Shown here: positions 30,252 to 32,000 of the stretch, piece after piece | Numbering within the stretch: the stretch's first letter is position 1 | Layout: each line of letters opens with the position of its first letter | Source of the DNA: a cyanobacterium endosymbiont of Braarudosphaera bigelowii | GTDB taxonomy: Bacteria > Cyanobacteriota > Cyanobacteriia > Cyanobacteriales > Microcystaceae | Length of the DNA: 32,000 bases | Direction of reading: 5' to 3' | Assembly (NCBI RefSeq): GCF_020885515.1 | Contig: NZ_AP024987.1 | Span: forward strand, 1,320,001 to 1,352,000 | Notes under the pieces: model-generated | Told to the model about the DNA's origin: nothing | Databases searched by the model: none | The model's input: only the letters and a program-made list of their open reading frames with translations | Made by a program: the position numbers and the translations under genes

Positions 30252-31322
30252 ATGGTAGATAGACAGCAACCTTTAATCTTACACAAAAACACTTTTGATC
30301 CTATTCGTATGGGTGTGATTGGTGTGGGTAATATGGGGCAACATCATAGTCGAATTCTTAGCTTACTAAAAGATGTAGAGTTAGTTGGTGTTTCTGATGT
30401 TAGTGTAGAAAGAGGAATTGATATTGCTAGTAAATACCGAGTACGTTTTTTTGAAAATTATTTAGATTTACTTCCTCATATTGATGCAGTTTGCATTGCT
30501 GTACCTACTAGGTTACACCATTCTGTTGGAATAGACTGCTTAAATGCTGGAGTTCATACCTTAATAGAAAAACCCATTGCTGCAAGTATAACTGAAGCTG
30601 AATCTTTAGTTAACGCAGCAGCAGATTCCAAAGGAATTTTACAAGTAGGTCATATTGAACGATTTAATCCTGCTTTTCAAGAATTGAGCAAAGTATTGAA
30701 AACTGAAGAAGTTTTGGCTTTAGAAGCACATAGAATGAGTCCTTATTCGCAAAGAGCTAATGATGTTTCTGTAGTTCTCGATTTAATGATCCACGATATT
30801 GATTTATTATTGGAACTAGTAAGTTCAACTGTCGTAAAGCTTACAGCGAGTGGTAGTCGCAGATCTAATTCAGATCACCTTAATTATGTAACAGCCACTC
30901 TTGGCTTCGCTAATGGAATAGTAGCAACCTTAACTGCCAGTAAGGTTACTCACTGTAAGATACGTCGTCTTGCAGCTCATTGCGAAAATTGCTTAACTGA
31001 GGCTGATTTTCTTAACAATGATATTCTAATCCATAGACAGACTACGGCTAATTACAGCACAGAATATGGACAAGTATGGTACAGACAAGATGGACTGATA
31101 GAAAAAGTACATACAACTAAGGTAGAGCCACTTCATGCAGAACTAGAACATTTCGTACACTGTATACGTGGAGGAGATCAACCATCTGTAGGTGGGGTAC
31201 AAGCCTTAAAAGCTTTGCGTTTGGCTAGTTCTATTGAACAAATGGCATTAGATGGTAAAATTTGGCAGCAATCTGATATAAATTATCAATATCTTAATCC
31301 TTTATCAAGTAAAACTTTTTGA
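30252..31322 (+). CDS. Gfo/Idh/MocA family NAD(P)-dependent oxidoreductase
   Basis: MGVIGVGNMGQHHSRIL, VCIAVPTRLH, LIEKPIA, GHIERFNPAF, DLMIHDIDLLLEL. ORF track starts at GTG 30225; ATG 30252 has an upstream 'aggag' at suitable spacing and is the more likely start. Confidence 0.88.
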   Translation: MVDRQQPLILHKNTFDPIRMGVIGVGNMGQHHSRILSLLKDVELVGVSDVSVERGIDIASKYRVRFFENYLDLLPHIDAVCIAVPTRLHHSVGIDCLNAGVHTLIEKPIAASITEAESLVNAAADSKGILQVGHIERFNPAFQELSKVLKTEEVLALEAHRMSPYSQRANDVSVVLDLMIHDIDLLLELVSSTVVKLTASGSRRSNSDHLNYVTATLGFANGIVATLTASKVTHCKIRRLAAHCENCLTEADFLNNDILIHRQTTANYSTEYGQVWYRQDGLIEKVHTTKVEPLHAELEHFVHCIRGGDQPSVGGVQALKALRLASSIEQMALDGKIWQQSDINYQYLNPLSSKTF

Positions 31323-31334
31323 CTATATTAGTTG

Positions 31335-31362
31335 AAAAAATCATCTCGAAATTAGATTTTTT
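31335..31362. terminator. Weak AT-rich stem-loop after the oxidoreductase gene
   Basis: AAAAAATC (31335-31342) / GATTTTTT (31355-31362) 13 bp after the stop codon; T-rich 3' arm only. Confidence 0.3.
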
Positions 31363-31410
31363 AATAAAAAACATGAAAAATATCCTTAAATTCTAAAATA
31401 GTAACGAGTA

Positions 31411-31482
<72 letters not shown>

Positions 31483-31570
31483 TCATTAAGACCTATACAT
31501 CATAACATAATCACCTTATAAAAACAATAGTTATTTTTATAAAATATTAATTCAACTTTTAAAAACTATT

Positions 31571-32000
31571 ATGCCTTCTGGCCGTACTCATGATCGTATC
31601 ACTATATTAAGTGTAGTTCCCATTACAATTCTATTTTATTTTGTCTTTCGTCGTAAAGAACTCATGCTATGGTTTAGCTTGTCTTATATTTTTAGTGGAT
31701 TGATGTTTGGACCAGATCTAGATATTTATTCACTACAATATAAACGATGGGGAATAGGTCGTTGGATTTGGTTACCATATCAATATTCTCTTAAGCATCG
31801 TTCTTTTTTCTCCCATGGCTTTTTAATAGGAACAGTAGTTAGATTGATTTACCTTTCCATTATTGTTGTAGTACTTACTATTTTTACAAATATCGTAACT
31901 CAATTGTTTCTGGGATCAGCTTATAATTGGTGGCCTTTACTTATTACAAACTATGGTAAATTAAGAAACCAATATTTAGAAGAAGTAATTACTATATTTT
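31571..32000 (+). CDS. DUF2227-like membrane metal-binding protein, truncated by window edge
   Basis: Open frame of 143 codons to the edge: MPSGRTHDRITILSVVPITILFYFVFRRKELMLWFSLSYIFSGLMFGPDLDIYSLQYKRWGIGRWIWLPYQYSLKHRSFFSHGF...; absent from the supplied ORF track. Confidence 0.75.
   Translation, partial: MPSGRTHDRITILSVVPITILFYFVFRRKELMLWFSLSYIFSGLMFGPDLDIYSLQYKRWGIGRWIWLPYQYSLKHRSFFSHGFLIGTVVRLIYLSIIVVVLTIFTNIVTQLFLGSAYNWWPLLITNYGKLRNQYLEEVITIF

Overview
AT-rich, gene-dense window with cyanobacterial gene content. The low GC, compact proteins and preserved housekeeping genes suggest a reduced-genome, endosymbiont-like cyanobacterium, but this is inference from content and no taxonomic search was run. 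Supported content: murB, murC, a 2-Cys peroxiredoxin, fabG, a RecJ-family protein, a TPR protein, a surface-glycan block (SAM C-methyltransferase, GT2, FkbM methyltransferase, two multi-TM GT-C-like proteins, WecG/TagA/CpsF), the str operon (rpsL-rpsG-fusA-tufA-rpsJ), an NnrU/Z-ISO-like protein, an RbcR-like LysR regulator, a C-terminally extended ferredoxin, MoeB/ThiF-rhodanese, an NblS/Hik33-like kinase, tRNA-Tyr, tRNA-Thr, recA, a Gfo/Idh oxidoreductase, tRNA-Val, and an edge-truncated DUF2227-like gene. The strongest anomaly is the full-length (787 aa) RecJ-family protein. Every recognisable catalytic DHH-superfamily motif in it appears replaced, while the surrounding scaffold is conserved, so it looks like a catalytically dead RecJ. 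Secondary signals are several long perfect inverted repeats in intergenic gaps, a TTG-started fusA with a strong Shine-Dalgarno, and a palindrome upstream of recA. I found no CRISPR array, transposon, toxin-antitoxin pair or defence island.
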